Assembly (NCBI GenBank): GCA_002269645.1
Contig: NIVC01000282.1
Span: 569,909 to 633,908 of the forward strand
Source of the DNA: Macrostomum lignano
Lineage: Eukaryota
Length of the DNA: 64,000 bases
Direction: 5' to 3'
A program made the translations under genes and the position numbers. The notes under the pieces are model-generated. The model was given only the letters and a program-made list of their open reading frames with translations, ran no database searches and was not told the origin of the DNA. Shown here in pieces: positions 32,536 to 63,618 of this stretch; position 1 is the stretch's first letter, and every line of letters starts with the position of its first letter.

Positions 32536-33721
32536 ATTTTTTTTGACTTTTAAGTTTTCACTCCTTTGAGGCTAAATTGCAGCACAAAGACACTAATCAA
32601 GTTATTTAACGTCTTGTGCATTGGTCCATCTATCAATTTGAAGATCGGCCTATAAACGTTTTTCTGCGAATCGCGAGTGTATCGTCCAGATGTACTGCTA
32701 GTCTTTGTTTTGTAAAGGTGTTATTTATTCTAATTCATGCGCTAAAAATACAACCCGCTAATTTATAGAGTGGAGTTGAGGGATAGAGTTCGGCCCGAGG
32801 GGTTTAAGAAAAATACATCCCTCAACTCTATGTGTTATTGTTGTGTACGGCTTGTACGCCGGTTAGGGTTCTTGCGTTCTGATTGGCTGGGGGTTTTGTC
32901 TGTCTGCCCAGACCGGCCTAGGCCGGGTGGGTGGTTTGCTGAATCATGCTGGTTAGTAGGTAAATTATAATATAAGTGCGCACCGGCCTTTCAAGCCTTT
33001 GTTACTTTTCTACCCTGCAATCGCTTCTCGCATCGTATTCATTTGGCCACGCTGACTCAAAGTACAACAGTTATCTTATGCACTCAAATTTCTTTTCTTT
33101 TGCGTTTTGAAAAATTCTTTGTGTTTTTTCAACATTTGTATTTTTACAATAGTACATGTACGCCCCTCCACATGCATGTTCAACTGCAAGGACGACTTAA
33201 TATTTGATATACTTAGAAAACATATTGAAGGCTGAAGACTTCATTTTGGCAAAAACACACCTAATATGGCCAATTTTTATTTTCTGCGCTAGAAAGACAA
33301 AAACTTGACTTCAAACGTGAATAATTTCCGTTTTATGGGCTAGTCCTCGATCCCGGGTTGCTAAACAAAATTAACTAAAACATGTTTTAACAAACTTTAA
33401 CTGCAGTGCTCTCTTTTTACTTATTGAAACATTGTTTTAATGAAAAAATACTTATTTATTACGTTTTTGTCAACATAGTTTTTTAAATATAGTAAGATTC
33501 TATAGCCTTTTAAAGAGTCAATGGTAGTTTTAACTTTATAATATTTCTTAATTTATAAAAAGACTTCTGATTGACTGCGCTTCAATTGAAACGCATGCAC
33601 CGCCTTAGGTTCGCGCATCTAGTGTAAAACTATATCTAACAGTCGTAACGGTTACGGGTTTATGGTAAAGCATCTAGTATGATTGTTTTCATTCTGAGAT
33701 AAGTTCGTGCATTTCATCACT

Positions 33722-35799
<2,078 letters not shown>

Positions 35800-35887
35800 C
35801 AGTTTAAAAACTCAGTCATGACGCGTTCCTTACTTGTCTGTATTTATAGGTACATTCGAGCTTTTTAGTTTTTTTTACCTAAAGACA

Positions 35888-36234
35888 GGGGGCGGCTGCG
35901 TGCACCCTGGCGCACTTTAAGCGACATTGTCACACAACCGGTTGCCCATTCCGCCGACTCCCCTGAGCAGGCACACAAGCGCGCGGATACGTACGCAGTC
36001 ATACGCACAGGCACACACTCACACAGGAGTGTACAGCGGCCCTAACTTTATTTAGCGTTAGGCATGTACACTTCACTGTGTCTTGGGGGGTTGGCTCTCA
36101 AAGCCGTTAATTGCACGAGCAGAGCCAAGCCGAGATTCCAATTCAGCCCCAAATTAATGTGACTGCACTTGGAATCGAGCCTGGGCCGCTGGCACATCAG
36201 AGCGGTGCGCTAGACCACTGGGCCACAGCCCCCC
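35888..36234 (-). mobile_element. tRNA-derived SINE family A, near full length, just downstream of the FoxJ2/3 stop
   Basis: Reverse-complement match to 30087-30450, including A and B boxes. Confidence 0.9.
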
Positions 36235-36980
36235 GAGTTTTTAAGTCACTTTAGCCTATGATGTACGAACAAATGTCAGAAATCTACTATTTTGGCGAGA
36301 CGATGACAAAATTATTTATTTGCATATTAATTTTCAACACCTGTTTGTCTACGCACTTGTTACTGTGATAACTTTTGACAACTCTACTGATGGGGACTGC
36401 AGCTGTTTACACTCTTTTTAAATTGTTTGGATATAGACTACTAAAATTTTTTATTTCTTTTATACATCGAAGATGCTGTCTACTGCGTTTTTTGTGATAT
36501 TCTCTATCGATCACAGTTAATCACGCAGTGTATCACAGCTTAATAACTAGCACTGTTTTCTTTAGTCGTTTTTACACTGTGATATAAGAATGACAAATTA
36601 ATGTCTAATAGACACACCTTCAGCTCCTGATGCCACTCTGCGATCTACCTTTGTGTGTTTCCACCTTTGTTTCACTTTCCATCAAATTTATAGCACTCTA
36701 TTATCACTAAAAAGTCTTTAATTGCAGTGTAAAATCTGTCTATTTTCATTGCTATATTGTGCCTGTGTGTGTTCGTCCGTTGTGTTGTGTGTGACGTTTT
36801 TCTTTGATCAAAATAGAGCCGCATTCTATCAGAAATTTGTAATAAAATCAAAAATCTAAAAACAAATATAAATTGTGATTCATACACTGGACCATCATCA
36901 AACGGTTCTCTAGGAGTATTGTGCCTGAAACTTATTATTTTATTTGTATACTAACATTTATATTTCGGTCATTTCATGAC

Positions 36981-37163
36981 CGCGTGTATTTCGGTCATTT
37001 AATTCAAAAGTAATGTTTTAAAAGTGCCACTGATAGTGATAGTCTTATAGTAAAAGATGAAGCACAAAATAAAACGTAGGCAGTTTTATGCATCTTAAGA
37101 CTATCAGTGGCATTGCGATGGTTTTTCACATAAATTTTGAATGAAATGACCAAAATACACGTG
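36981..37163. mobile_element. Palindromic MITE-like element
   Basis: CGCGTGTATTTCGGTCATTTAATTCAAAA vs TTTTGAATGAAATGACCAAAATACACGTG; inner GCCACTGATAGT vs ACTATCAGTGGC. Confidence 0.65.
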
Positions 37164-37992
37164 ACTGAATTCATTGGAAAGAAGAGATATCGTGCCGCTT
37201 TAAAATGACACCAAAGTTGTGCTTGCAGCTGCTACTGGTTTTGCTCCGGGATTAAAAGTGTCAGAACTTCCGGACACCCCTCGTAGCTTAAGCTTGTTCT
37301 GTGAGAGTTGAGAAAACTTGCATTCAACAGCGGCCATTTGTCTATGGACAAAACTCATGTTTAGCAGCAGCATTGAGAAAAATCAATAACATGCGAATAG
37401 GGCAGCGGAATTCGATGCCACATTCACCGAATTGAATCGGCATTCAAGCAGCGAGAGGTAGGTAACTCCGCTTGTATAAGTAGACAATCCAGTTTTTGCT
37501 AATCTTCATTATAGTTCTTTCAAATTTCAAATGCTCAAATTTAGAAATATATAATTAACCTCTTAATTTCTTGGCGAAGGTGTAATAACTTCAGAGTACC
37601 TCGAAATCTTTGAGACATGCGGTGCATTGCTAAAACTCAAACTCCCCTATTTTTCTTGGCTTATAGAACAATGAGATCAGAAATTAATAAAAATGGACAG
37701 AAAACTACGAGTACAATAAAATTCACCCACCGTCTGTCAACAAAATATTCACAGAACTGTCGATTTAGACCTTGTCAGAAAAGGTGGTGTGGCTTTAGTG
37801 TTATTAATTGAGCTCATACATGAGTTGCTGAGAGACAAAACGAAAAAGCCCTTATCGATCGTCTTCTGCAATTTACAGCGATAAAAACGAGTCGCACTCG
37901 GAACGCTCAGGTATTGAAAATCTCAAGCAAGGCGTTTTGAGTGACCAAAGAACACGCCAGAGTAACAGAAACCTTCCGTTAGGAGACGCGGC

Positions 37993-38460
37993 ATGGCTAG
38001 CAGAAAGGTCCTACTACCAGTTGATGGTAGCCAGCACAGCGACCGGGCACTGGACTGGTACAACCAGCACCTGCGGCGGCCAGACGATCACGTGATCTTC
38101 CTCATGGTGGCCGAGCCGCCGCCGATGCTGCGAAGCGCCGGGGTGCCCATGGAGGAGGCGACCAGAGCCTACGGGGACTCGATGAGCCAGGCGGTGAAGG
38201 CTGGTCGCGAGCTCGCGGATCGGATGCAGCGCCGCTGCACGGCCATCAAACTAGAGGTGGCGGGAGTTCGATTTCTGGAGCGCCTGGCCACCAACGCCGG
38301 CGAAGCCATCGTCCAGGTAGCGGACGAGGAGTCCATCGACCTCATCATTGTTGGCAATCGTGGCCTCGGCACGGTGCGCCGCACTTTTTTGGGTAGCGTC
38401 TCGGACTTCGTGCTGCACCACGCGAATCGGCCCGTGGCAGTGGTGCCTCCGGCGAAGTGA
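37993..38460 (+). CDS. Universal stress protein (UspA family), single exon
   Basis: RKVLLPVDGSQHSDRALDW, IDLIIVGNRGLGTVRRTFLGSVSDFVLHHA (ATP-binding G-2x-G-9x-GS motif). Confidence 0.95.
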   Translation: MASRKVLLPVDGSQHSDRALDWYNQHLRRPDDHVIFLMVAEPPPMLRSAGVPMEEATRAYGDSMSQAVKAGRELADRMQRRCTAIKLEVAGVRFLERLATNAGEAIVQVADEESIDLIIVGNRGLGTVRRTFLGSVSDFVLHHANRPVAVVPPAK

Positions 38461-39844
38461 CCTTCAATTGACCTCAAAACTGACCATTTGGAAACCGTTA
38501 GAAAGAACGGTTTCGACGTGATTTAGGAAATTTGCAATCTACCTAACTACACCGAACAGCAATTCGTATTAACGTATAGTATGGGTCATTGAACAACTGA
38601 AGTTAAAAATACGTTACACTAGAAAGCCTCTTCACCAAAGGCCCGTTTTCGCTGCAAAATGCATCAACCAACAAGACAGGAAGTTCTCAGGTTTTTAGCC
38701 CTTAATTTTCTGAAATCGATTACATACCGACAGACATGGATAGCTATATACGGACAAACCATTTTTAGTATATGGACTAGCAAATCTAGTGCCCCCCTTC
38801 GGGGCGGCCACTAAGCAAGGGACGAAAATTATTTACGTGAATCCTCAAAATGAAAGTACATTATCTTAAAAGCATTCATTCTTACGCTCCTAATTACCAC
38901 AAATCACATTTTTGGAGTAAAATTATCAGGGACTAAAACTTAGGGAGTCAACAGAGAAAAGAATAATTTTTTGAATAATCTACATGTAGCTTCTGACCTC
39001 TAAGCCTTAACATCTCAGCAATTCCCCCGTAAGCCTCAACATCTCAGAAATTCTCTAAAAAGCCGACATCTCAGAAATTCCCCAGTAAGCCTTGACATCT
39101 TAACAATTCCCAAAAAGCTTTGACATCGCAGCAATTCTCAGCATACAGTGAAATAGATCTAGTTTACGCTCGTAGACATTGACAAATCTCGGTCGTTAAA
39201 ACTTCAACTAGAAACAAACACCTAAATAAAAAGATAATATGATGGTTTGCATACTCGTACATTCTTCTGTATTTTCTGCAACTCAGTACATGCATGTCAT
39301 TTTTCAAGTTTATTGTTCTTCCATTTTACTTGTCCGAGATTCTTACACGAAGTCGGTAGATTTCAGCCGAATGTGACACTGCCTAAAAATCAAAATAAAC
39401 AGTACAAAAATACATTTGGATAATTTTCTGTAAGGTTTGACAATATAATCGAACAAGTCATGCACTTGCCAGCAATATTGATTGTGTGTACTTTGCAGAT
39501 TTGAAAATTGCGCAAACACAAGAGACACAAAAAAGAAAGAGGTGAGACAGTGAGAAGTAATGGGGAAAGTGAAATACAGGCAAAAGCGACAGCTCCTTAC
39601 AATTAGAAGGGATTCGGTCCTCCTAAACACAAAAACTTATAGAACGTCGTCCCAATAGGCAAGTATTGAGTGATTAGCTATATTAATAAGCAGAAGTTGA
39701 GCTCGGTCCGGGCATATAACTAAAAGCAAGTTAAAAACGTACTATAGCTATACCTTAGAGACTCTACTCCTTTTAAAAAAGTTAGTCTTTTAAAGAACCA
39801 ATTTACCTTCAAGTTATCTTCCCATAAGCCTATTCAGGGGACCT

Positions 39845-40065
39845 AAAACGCTTAGGCCTCTAAGGGTGACCTTGAACGCTTAGGCCTCAAAGGTTGATCT
39901 TGAACGCTTAGGCCTCCAAGGGTGACCTTGAAAGCTTAGGCCTCCAAGGTTGATCTTGAACGCTTAGGCCTCCAAGGGTGACCTTGAAAGCTTAGGCCTT
40001 CAAGTGACCTTTAAAGTTTTTAACCTACAAGTGACCTTGAACGTTTTTAGCTTTCAAGTGACCTT
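39845..40065. repeat. 28-bp degenerate tandem repeat
   Basis: Unit GAACGCTTAGGCCTCCAAGGGTGACCTT. Confidence 0.8.
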
Positions 40066-41203
40066 ATATACCCAAATAGTGTCTAATAAAAACCTAAGTA
40101 AGCCTGACATGCCGTAGCGTTAAATCCCTAAGCAGAGCCAAGCAAGCGCATGTTCAACCAAAGCTGTCAGGTATTCTGTACATTAACAAATTTATCTAGA
40201 ATTCCGCAATGCCTATCAGAGTATAATAGCAGGTTATAATAGCAGCAAATCTGTTGGCGCGAGTCAATTTTGGCAATGACATTCAGTTCAGTGCACTCAA
40301 TCGAGAACCAAAAAGGACATTCCAGCTATTACTTAACGAGCATTAATTGTAACAAACCATAATGCAATGAGGGCTAGGCGCACATAGAGATAGAAGGATA
40401 GAAGCCCACCAAATCACAACTAACAGAACAATGGGAGGATTAAGATGACTCAGCGTCAATAATTAAATTTGGATCGGGTCAATTTTTTTAACGGCTAAAG
40501 AAAGCAAATCAACAAACACGGTAGGCAGGCAAAAAAGGATCTAAAAAAAGAGGTTGAAGCGCACAGCGCGCCACCCCAGACTCGCGAACGGACTGAGACT
40601 AGATGCGCGGTGATTAAAACTAAACAAAAATTTAATTGGACCAGCTAGAGGCGAGGTTAACATCTCGGGACTGTAGGCTTTCAATGAGTAATACTTACAG
40701 CAAGAGTGGACAAGCACGGGTGCAGCTCCCGGTTCGTCTTAGCGTTCCGTCTGGCACTAACTACTCGTAGCACCACTTGTATTTTGGTGTCAGCATAGTA
40801 TCTATGAATTTTGCGCGTTTGTAGAAAAAAATACTTGTCAGATAGAAGCCCGCTACTCAGAGTAGAAAGGCCAACATATTGCGCACAAAAATGACACAGG
40901 CAGCAAATAAATAATTGGATAACTCTGTCAGCACACGTGGGGGCAAAGCTTAAACGCAGAAAGGTAGAAAATTTCGGGTCTACAGGTAAATTGGTTTGTA
41001 TTTGGTACATTGAAAGCGAATTCACATGCGCGGGGCTGCTGGCAGCAGAGCCTGACTTGGAGAAAATTCCTTAGCTGATCTTCCTGCCCTTTCAGACTGT
41101 TCAAAACTGGATAGGACATTCAGCTCATCAAATCTCTGTAACGATTTCAACTACGGCGCTGCTGCCACCACCAGCTTCTGACACAATTTTCATTTGCTTA
41201 ATT

Positions 41204-57186
<15,983 letters not shown>

Positions 57187-58189
57187 CTGCATAAGAAAGA
57201 AGGAAGATCGGGATAATAAATTTAGGGTGTACTACTTGCATTAGCACGCAAAACAAGTGTACGCTGGTGTGTACTCGTACGGATATTGAGAAATCAGTCT
57301 GCTAATACATAATACATACTTGATTTTTATGGAAATTTTTAATTTTGAAGAGTCAAGCTCGTACTGAAGGTCGTTAAATAATTTTCTCTTTTGTTTAGCT
57401 AACATGTACTTACTATTATAGTAACTAAAAACGTATATTTCAAAGCAACATTCATACTGATTGTACAAAAAGAAAAGAGCATGTGAGCAAAGTAAAAAAG
57501 TGAAATAATTGTTAACCAATTGCGATTTGACACAATAAATTTGAGCTGTGAGTAACGATTGTTGCTTCTAAAAGCAGTCTCACTGACACAAAACAACAAT
57601 CTAAGGTGATCCAGTCGATCAAGTGCCAACACTTTGCAAAAGGAACCTGACATACTTTGTACTACATGTGTTGTCGACCCTGTGAATTGTCGGTCGGTCT
57701 GAACTGGATAAAGGAATGTAAAATGAGAAGCGCATGGAGCTGCAGGGGACGGCGACTTGGCGCAGATTAGCGGGGAACGAACCAATTTAATCCGGGGACC
57801 AACTGAGATCCGCACGCCCGACCCGAAAATCCAATCCCCATGCAGTTAGGAGCCTCATCGACCATTAAGGTTGGCGAATTAAATGTACTATTGCTCCACC
57901 GAGAGAGACTGGAATGAATTTTTGTCAAAGTACTTTTACCGTTCGATAGTTTTTAAGTCTGACAAAAAATATCGGTGTTCAATTATGAACAGAACTACAA
58001 GGGTAAATTTACCAGCCCTTGAATTGCACAGAAACAGCTATAGCTACAGATATTTATGCTCGAACAAGAGTAAAGGGCTCTGCAAACTTCTGCGGAACAT
58101 CACTACAACACTAGCCTAGTATCACAAGAGCAAGAAAAAATACTGATTTCCTAAATACATAAATTTGGCCAACAGATGTCATTCGTGTC

Positions 58190-59401
58190 TCATATCAGCC
58201 TCTCCTCGTTTGGCGGCCGGAGAATGTCCTGCATGCTTTGCTGTCCCGACTTGCCGCTGCCCAGCTCCCGATCGCTGGGCTTATAAACGCCTGTGTCCTT
58301 TCGTCGGTCGCGTATCACTTTAAAAGCTAAGCCAGCTGCAGTTCCGGCTAGCAGAACAAGTAGCAAACCCACTACTAGGCCGACTACCAGACGACTGTCT
58401 GCGGCTGGAGCCTGAGTTCCAGCCTCCACAGGCTCCGTTGTCTGAGCAGTCTGTGGCATCGTTGTCAGAGGCGGAGTCGTCGTTTGCAGAGTCGTCGCTA
58501 GCGGAGTCGTCGCTGGCGGAGTCGTCGCTGGCGGAGTCGAACAGTTGGCGCCGCTGTAACCGTCGGTACAGTTACAGGAGAAAGTCTCCAACGAAGCGAT
58601 GCTAGTGCAGAATCCGTGCCCTGAGCAGGGCTCCAGGCCGATCGTGCTTGTGTTGCAGAAATCTCTAGCCTTTAAGCAAAAGTCGCCCCCGTAGCCGGTA
58701 GCGGTGCAGTTGCAGCTCGAGTGGAGGTTCCACTGAAGCCGGGGCAAGCAGCTGCCCCCGTTTGCACAGATGCAGGGGTCCTCATGGCAGCCAGCCAAAA
58801 CACCGGAGCCATTCAATAGCTGCACATTCGTCACCTCGGCAATGGCATTATCCGAGGACTCAGTGACCGTCGCATTGGCAAGGCAACCTCTTAGTCCGTC
58901 GGTGCCATTAGTACCACCAAAGGTCATCACAGTCCAGTTGAATATCGCCGTTAATGCTGTCGTCGGATCTGCAAATACACGTAGCAGTTCAGCTCCATCC
59001 AAGCTGACAGTCACGTCGCTAGCATTGGCATCGAGTCTGATGCTGACAGAGTGCCAGTATCCGTCAGTAAGATTAACAGCAGCTTGGTTGCGACTGCCAT
59101 TCGAAGGCCAATCAGCAGTCAGATGCTGGAAAGTTATGCCGAGGACCAGTTGCAGCATGCTGTTGGTTTCATTGTCCGTCGACGGTGCGTACAAGCCCCA
59201 GATGGACCAAGCCGGGTGTGACGCTCGAAACTCGAATGTTGCGACAGTTTCAATCGGGATTGCCGAAGCATTTTGGCGCGTCAGATTTGCAACGCCACTG
59301 ACGTTAAATGTTGCGACATCGGCCGAAGCATTGGAAATTGGCTGTGTAACCAGAAACAGCACGCCGAAGCAGAAATACAGAAAAAATCGTTGAAGAAACA
59401 T
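58190..59401 (-). CDS. crb: Intronless miniature Crumbs-family type I membrane protein (signal peptide, LamG, 2 EGF, Thr/Pro stalk, TM, Crumbs tail)
   Basis: 403 aa. Cytoplasmic tail RDRRKDTGVYKPSDRE...ILRPPNEERLI* has the FERM-binding GxY and PDZ-binding ERLI motifs; two 6-Cys EGF repeats; LamG ends LRGCL. Confidence 0.88.
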   Translation of the reverse strand: MFLQRFFLYFCFGVLFLVTQPISNASADVATFNVSGVANLTRQNASAIPIETVATFEFRASHPAWSIWGLYAPSTDNETNSMLQLVLGITFQHLTADWPSNGSRNQAAVNLTDGYWHSVSIRLDANASDVTVSLDGAELLRVFADPTTALTAIFNWTVMTFGGTNGTDGLRGCLANATVTESSDNAIAEVTNVQLLNGSGVLAGCHEDPCICANGGSCLPRLQWNLHSSCNCTATGYGGDFCLKARDFCNTSTIGLEPCSGHGFCTSIASLETFSCNCTDGYSGANCSTPPATTPPATTPLATTLQTTTPPLTTMPQTAQTTEPVEAGTQAPAADSRLVVGLVVGLLLVLLAGTAAGLAFKVIRDRRKDTGVYKPSDRELGSGKSGQQSMQDILRPPNEERLI

Positions 59402-59688
59402 GCTTCTGCGCCTAACAATTCAACCGAAGCAAAAAAAGTCGTCAGAGCTATAGTTGCACGAAACAGTTGTTACGAATCTATCGCTTCAGTAGGCCGTAGT
59501 TGAGGTAAGCTATATAATCGCTTTCAAACTTGCTCGTTTACTCTCATGCTTAATTAGACGCAGGCTGAAGCATAATAATAGCTGCAATAGCCACGAAGTT
59601 CCACGAGTGTCGTATGTCAGCACGGGCACGATAGAGAGTAGTAGTAGTACGTCTCTAGTCACGGAGGAAATGCGCCACACTGGTCGCC

Positions 59689-59695
59689 TTTTATA
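59689..59695 (-). promoter_or_regulatory. Candidate TATA box for the mini-Crumbs gene
   Basis: TATAAAA on the - strand about 290 bp upstream of the ATG; motif match only. Confidence 0.3.
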
Positions 59696-60746
59696 AGGTA
59701 CGCTCGCCGTGGCCTTTCTCGCGAACAGCTAGCTGCTTTCCTTTGTATACACTTCTCTGTATACTCACTATAGCAGCCTGGCCTTCTCTCCAGACACTCA
59801 CTAATGCAGGGCAGAACTGACTGGACGGATTTGGCGAGCGAATCTCTCTTGCCAAAAGTTCTGTTGGTCATGCAGTACTCATGTCGTTTTTTCTTAATGC
59901 TTCTTTTTATTTTCACTCCTGCTTCGCAGAGAACACGGCCCACAGGGAAAGTTTTCTCTCGTTTTAGCTCATGTAAAATCGTTTTTATATCGGGCTGACG
60001 GACGCGGTCGATTGGGCTGAGTTAGCTGAGCAGAGCCGGGAGGTAGGGCTGAGAAGCTTTATGGGTAGAGAAAGGGAGTTGGCCTGGAGGGTTATTGGAT
60101 GAAAGAACTGCAGCTTAGGGCGTGGAGATGTATGAGCTCATTCGCTTTCCTCCACTCTCTCCTGCCCTAACCGTCTCACCTGCTGAGCACATCCAGATGG
60201 TTTCTGTCAGACTTAACTGCGCACGACAATAGGCTCTATAATTTCGCGGGGGAGTGCTCGTTTCTCACCCTCAGGCCAGCGTGCATGGTCGCTTGGCGTG
60301 CATACATGAGCATACATACGGAATGAGGCGCTTTGCATTCAGTGGCAGACTGAACTTGAGTAAGCAAATGATAGAAGAGATAATTATTTTCAGTGAAAAG
60401 GATGACAGTTTTCTGTTGCAACCACTGCCTATTCTTTACTCCTTAATATCTGTATAATATGACATTAAGTAATTAAAGCTATCAAGCAAGATAAGGAGTC
60501 AGAGGCAAGCACGAGGGACTGTCAAAACAGTTGTGCATATACACGATAATGCAGACACGTTATTAGGAGGTGGGGCAGCTATGTACATGAATGGGGCAGT
60601 GGGGCTTCACCGCATTTTAACTGCTTTAACCCGTGCCCTAATTTAACAGCGCACATGTATAAACATTCTTGCTTGCCTAGATTGACTAAGGGACTGGAGA
60701 GTGGCATAATTTTAACCATTGTCAATTATAGAAGCTTGTCTAGCAG

Positions 60747-62803
60747 ATGTATCAAAGTCGAAGCCTTCTGAGGCAGCGCTCGCTACTTCAACGATCGCTA
60801 TGCACAGCAAAGTCGGGCACCCCAAACGGTCGATTCGACTGCGCAGTGATCGGTGCCGGACACAACGGCCTGGTGGCTGCCGCCTACTTGGCTGGCGCTG
60901 GTAAGAAAGTCTGCGTACTTGAACGGCGTCATGTGATCGGTGGCGCTGCCGTAACTGAAGAGATCGTGCCCGGGTTCAAGTTCAGCCGCTGCTCCTACGT
61001 GCTGAGCCTGCTGCGCCCGAAGGTGATGGAAGACCTTCAGCTAGAACGGCATGGCTTGGTCGTGTACACTCGCGACCCCAGCTCCTATACGCCTCTACTG
61101 GAGCCCGGGTCGAAAACTGGAGCTCAGTCACTTCTACTGGGCCGCGACCACGCGCGGACGCACAGGTCCATCGCCGCATTTTCGCCTCGCGACGCCGACC
61201 AGTTTGTCCGCTACGAAGAGCAGATGGGCCGCCTGGCAGCCAGTCTGGAGCCGCTGCTCGATAACCCGCCGTTCAACTTGCACCACCTGCTGGCATCAAG
61301 CGGACTTCGCGCGAAAGCAAGGGAACTCGAACGGGCTAGACCGCTTTACCGGATGGCGTCTCAGCTCGGACCGCAGCTGCTGCAGCTCTACGAGCTGCTC
61401 ACTGCGCCAACTTCTCGAATTCTGGATCGCTGGTTCGAGAGCGAGCCTTTGAAGGCCACTCTGGCCACGGACAGCGTCATCGGAGCAATGATTTCGCCGG
61501 ACACGCCTGGCAGCGGCTACGTACTACTGCATCACGTGATGGGCGGAGTGAACAATATCCCAGGAGCATGGGGCTTTGTCCACGGCGGTATGGGATCTGT
61601 TAGCAAAGCTATTGCCGAAAGTGCTCAAGCAAGAGGTATGAAACTACAGGAACCAATTGCTATTAACGAGTAAACTTTGAAGCTCAATTTGATTTAAAAC
61701 GCTTAAATCGTTTCTCCTCAGGTGCCAAGATATTCACCGATGCTCCGGTCTCTCATATCAAAGTAGTAAATGGCAAAACAGAAGGCGTTGTTCTTGCCGA
61801 CGGCAGCGAAGTAGATGCGCCCGTGGTGTTGTCGAACGCCACGCCGAAGGTGACGTTCGAAAACCTGCTGCCGCCAGACTCTCTGCCCGAGGACGATTTT
61901 CTGGCCAGCGTACGGCGAATCGACTACGCCTCGCCAGTGACCAAAATCAACGTGGCCGTTTCCCGACTGCCAAACTTTCTCGCCGATCCCAATCCGGTGT
62001 CGGGCGACTGCCCGGACCATTTTCACGGCACCATTCACCTCAACTCCGACAGCTGCGCCATGATTGATACGGCCTACCGGCCTGTCAGCAGGGCGGCTAC
62101 GCTGATAGGCCGGTCATCGAGATGACTGTGCCCTCGTCGCTTGACGATAGTCTAGCTCCAAAAGGTACGCGGAAGATTGAGCATTTCTATACTAATATAC
62201 TGCAGGTCTGGCTGGTTGACTGTCTCCAGAACTTGTTCTAGAAGCGTCCCAGAGGACTGTGCAAGAGAAGTTAGGCTTATCTGAAACGCCTCCCAAATGA
62301 TTCAACACTGCTCATAGTTGACTTTATGAACCATGGAAACCACGTTTTCAATTAGCTTTTAATGCGTCTTCTCTCTGTAGGGGTTTACCGGATAATCCTC
62401 GTCCTAATTACCAATAGGTGCACACGTGGTCCAGCTATTTACTCAGTACACACCAAAGCTGCTGCATGGCAAGCGGTGGACGCAGGAGGACAAGGACCGC
62501 TACACCAGGACCGTGTTCAAATGCATCGACGACTACGCGCCCGGTTTCTCCGCCTCGGTTGTTGGCAGCGACATGCTGACTCCGCAGGACCTAGAAGAGA
62601 CATTCGGTCTCACCGGAGGCAACATCTTCCACGGCGGGATGTCGCTTGACCAGCTTTACTTCATGCGGCCAACCCCCGAGTACTGCGACTATCGCAGTCC
62701 GATCGGCGGCCTCTACCTGTGCGGCAGCGGGGCTCACCCTGGTGGCGGCGTCATGGGTGCACCTGGACGGCTGTGCGCTTTGGAAGTGCTCAGAGACAGC
62801 TAA
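60747..62803 (+). CDS. PYROXD2: Pyridine nucleotide-disulphide oxidoreductase domain protein 2 (phytoene desaturase-like FAD oxidoreductase), with one apparent -1 frameshift near 62080
   Basis: Exons 60747-61635, 61722-62164, 62418-62803. Mitochondrial-type N-terminus, [53 protein letters not shown] (after the shift), [28 protein letters not shown]. Confidence 0.93.
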
Positions 62804-63172
62804 ATGATGATCACTATTGAAGCCATTCATTTTGAATTCAATAGTTTCCTCTATTATTGAACCTCTATTTCTATTGGAATGGATTTTTTCGGTAATTATA
62901 GCAATATTTAGAATTATTCTATTTTTCAATAAGCAGATGTTAGAATTCGAAATTTATTTAATACATTTTAATAATCACTATACGAACGTAGGAGCAGTCT
63001 CAAAAATCCTTGTCTGAAATCGGTAATATTTTTATGGCTGATCCTGTAGGGTCAATACCAAACTACATCATAAGAATCAGCTGTTCTTGTCTTCAAAATG
63101 AATCAGTGAATGAATGTATCTTGTCAGCCAAAAAGTAAATCATACAAAACAACAGGTCTGCAATGACGCAGA

Positions 63173-63618
63173 CTACAGTTCTTTCTTCTCAGCAGCGTCC
63201 TCGCTGCCAGGCTGCTTGGCGGCCTTCTTCGCCGCTTCGTCGGTGCCTTGAAGCGTCGGCAGCTCGTCGTACTCGCCCGGCTTGTGCGCCGCCTCGCAGG
63301 CGGAGTTGCACCGGGCGAACTCCTCGCCAGCTCGTGCTCGCTGACGCACTCGCGCCGGCAAACCTGCAGCTTGCTGAGCCGCTTTGCGCGCATGATTTCT
63401 TGGAAAGCCTCCTCGGCTTCGGCGCGCAGCTTCGGATCCTCCGTGTTCATCAGCATCATGCGGTCGATCTCAGGGCCGGCCTTGGGGTCCTTCTTCATGA
63501 AGTCCATGTTGACGTCATCGGCGTCCGGGTAGAAGGCCAGAGCTGGGAGCGACAGCTGCGTGAGCAGCACCAGCAGCACCGGGAGGGTTTCTCTTCTAAA
63601 AGCCGGCCGCATTTCCAC
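63173..63618 (-). CDS. Small secreted or ER-luminal protein with a CX3C-X12-CX3C motif and C-terminal KKEL, with one apparent -1 frameshift at 63327
   Basis: Signal peptide TLPVLLVLLTQLSLPALA; restoring one G joins the two ORF-track frames: ...VCRRECVSEHELGEEFARCNSACEAAH...AEKKEL*. Confidence 0.6.

Noticed and set aside
37993-38460. USP as a bacterial horizontal transfer
   Set aside because: USP genes are established in cnidarians, flatworms and other lophotrochozoans; codon use matches neighbouring genes.
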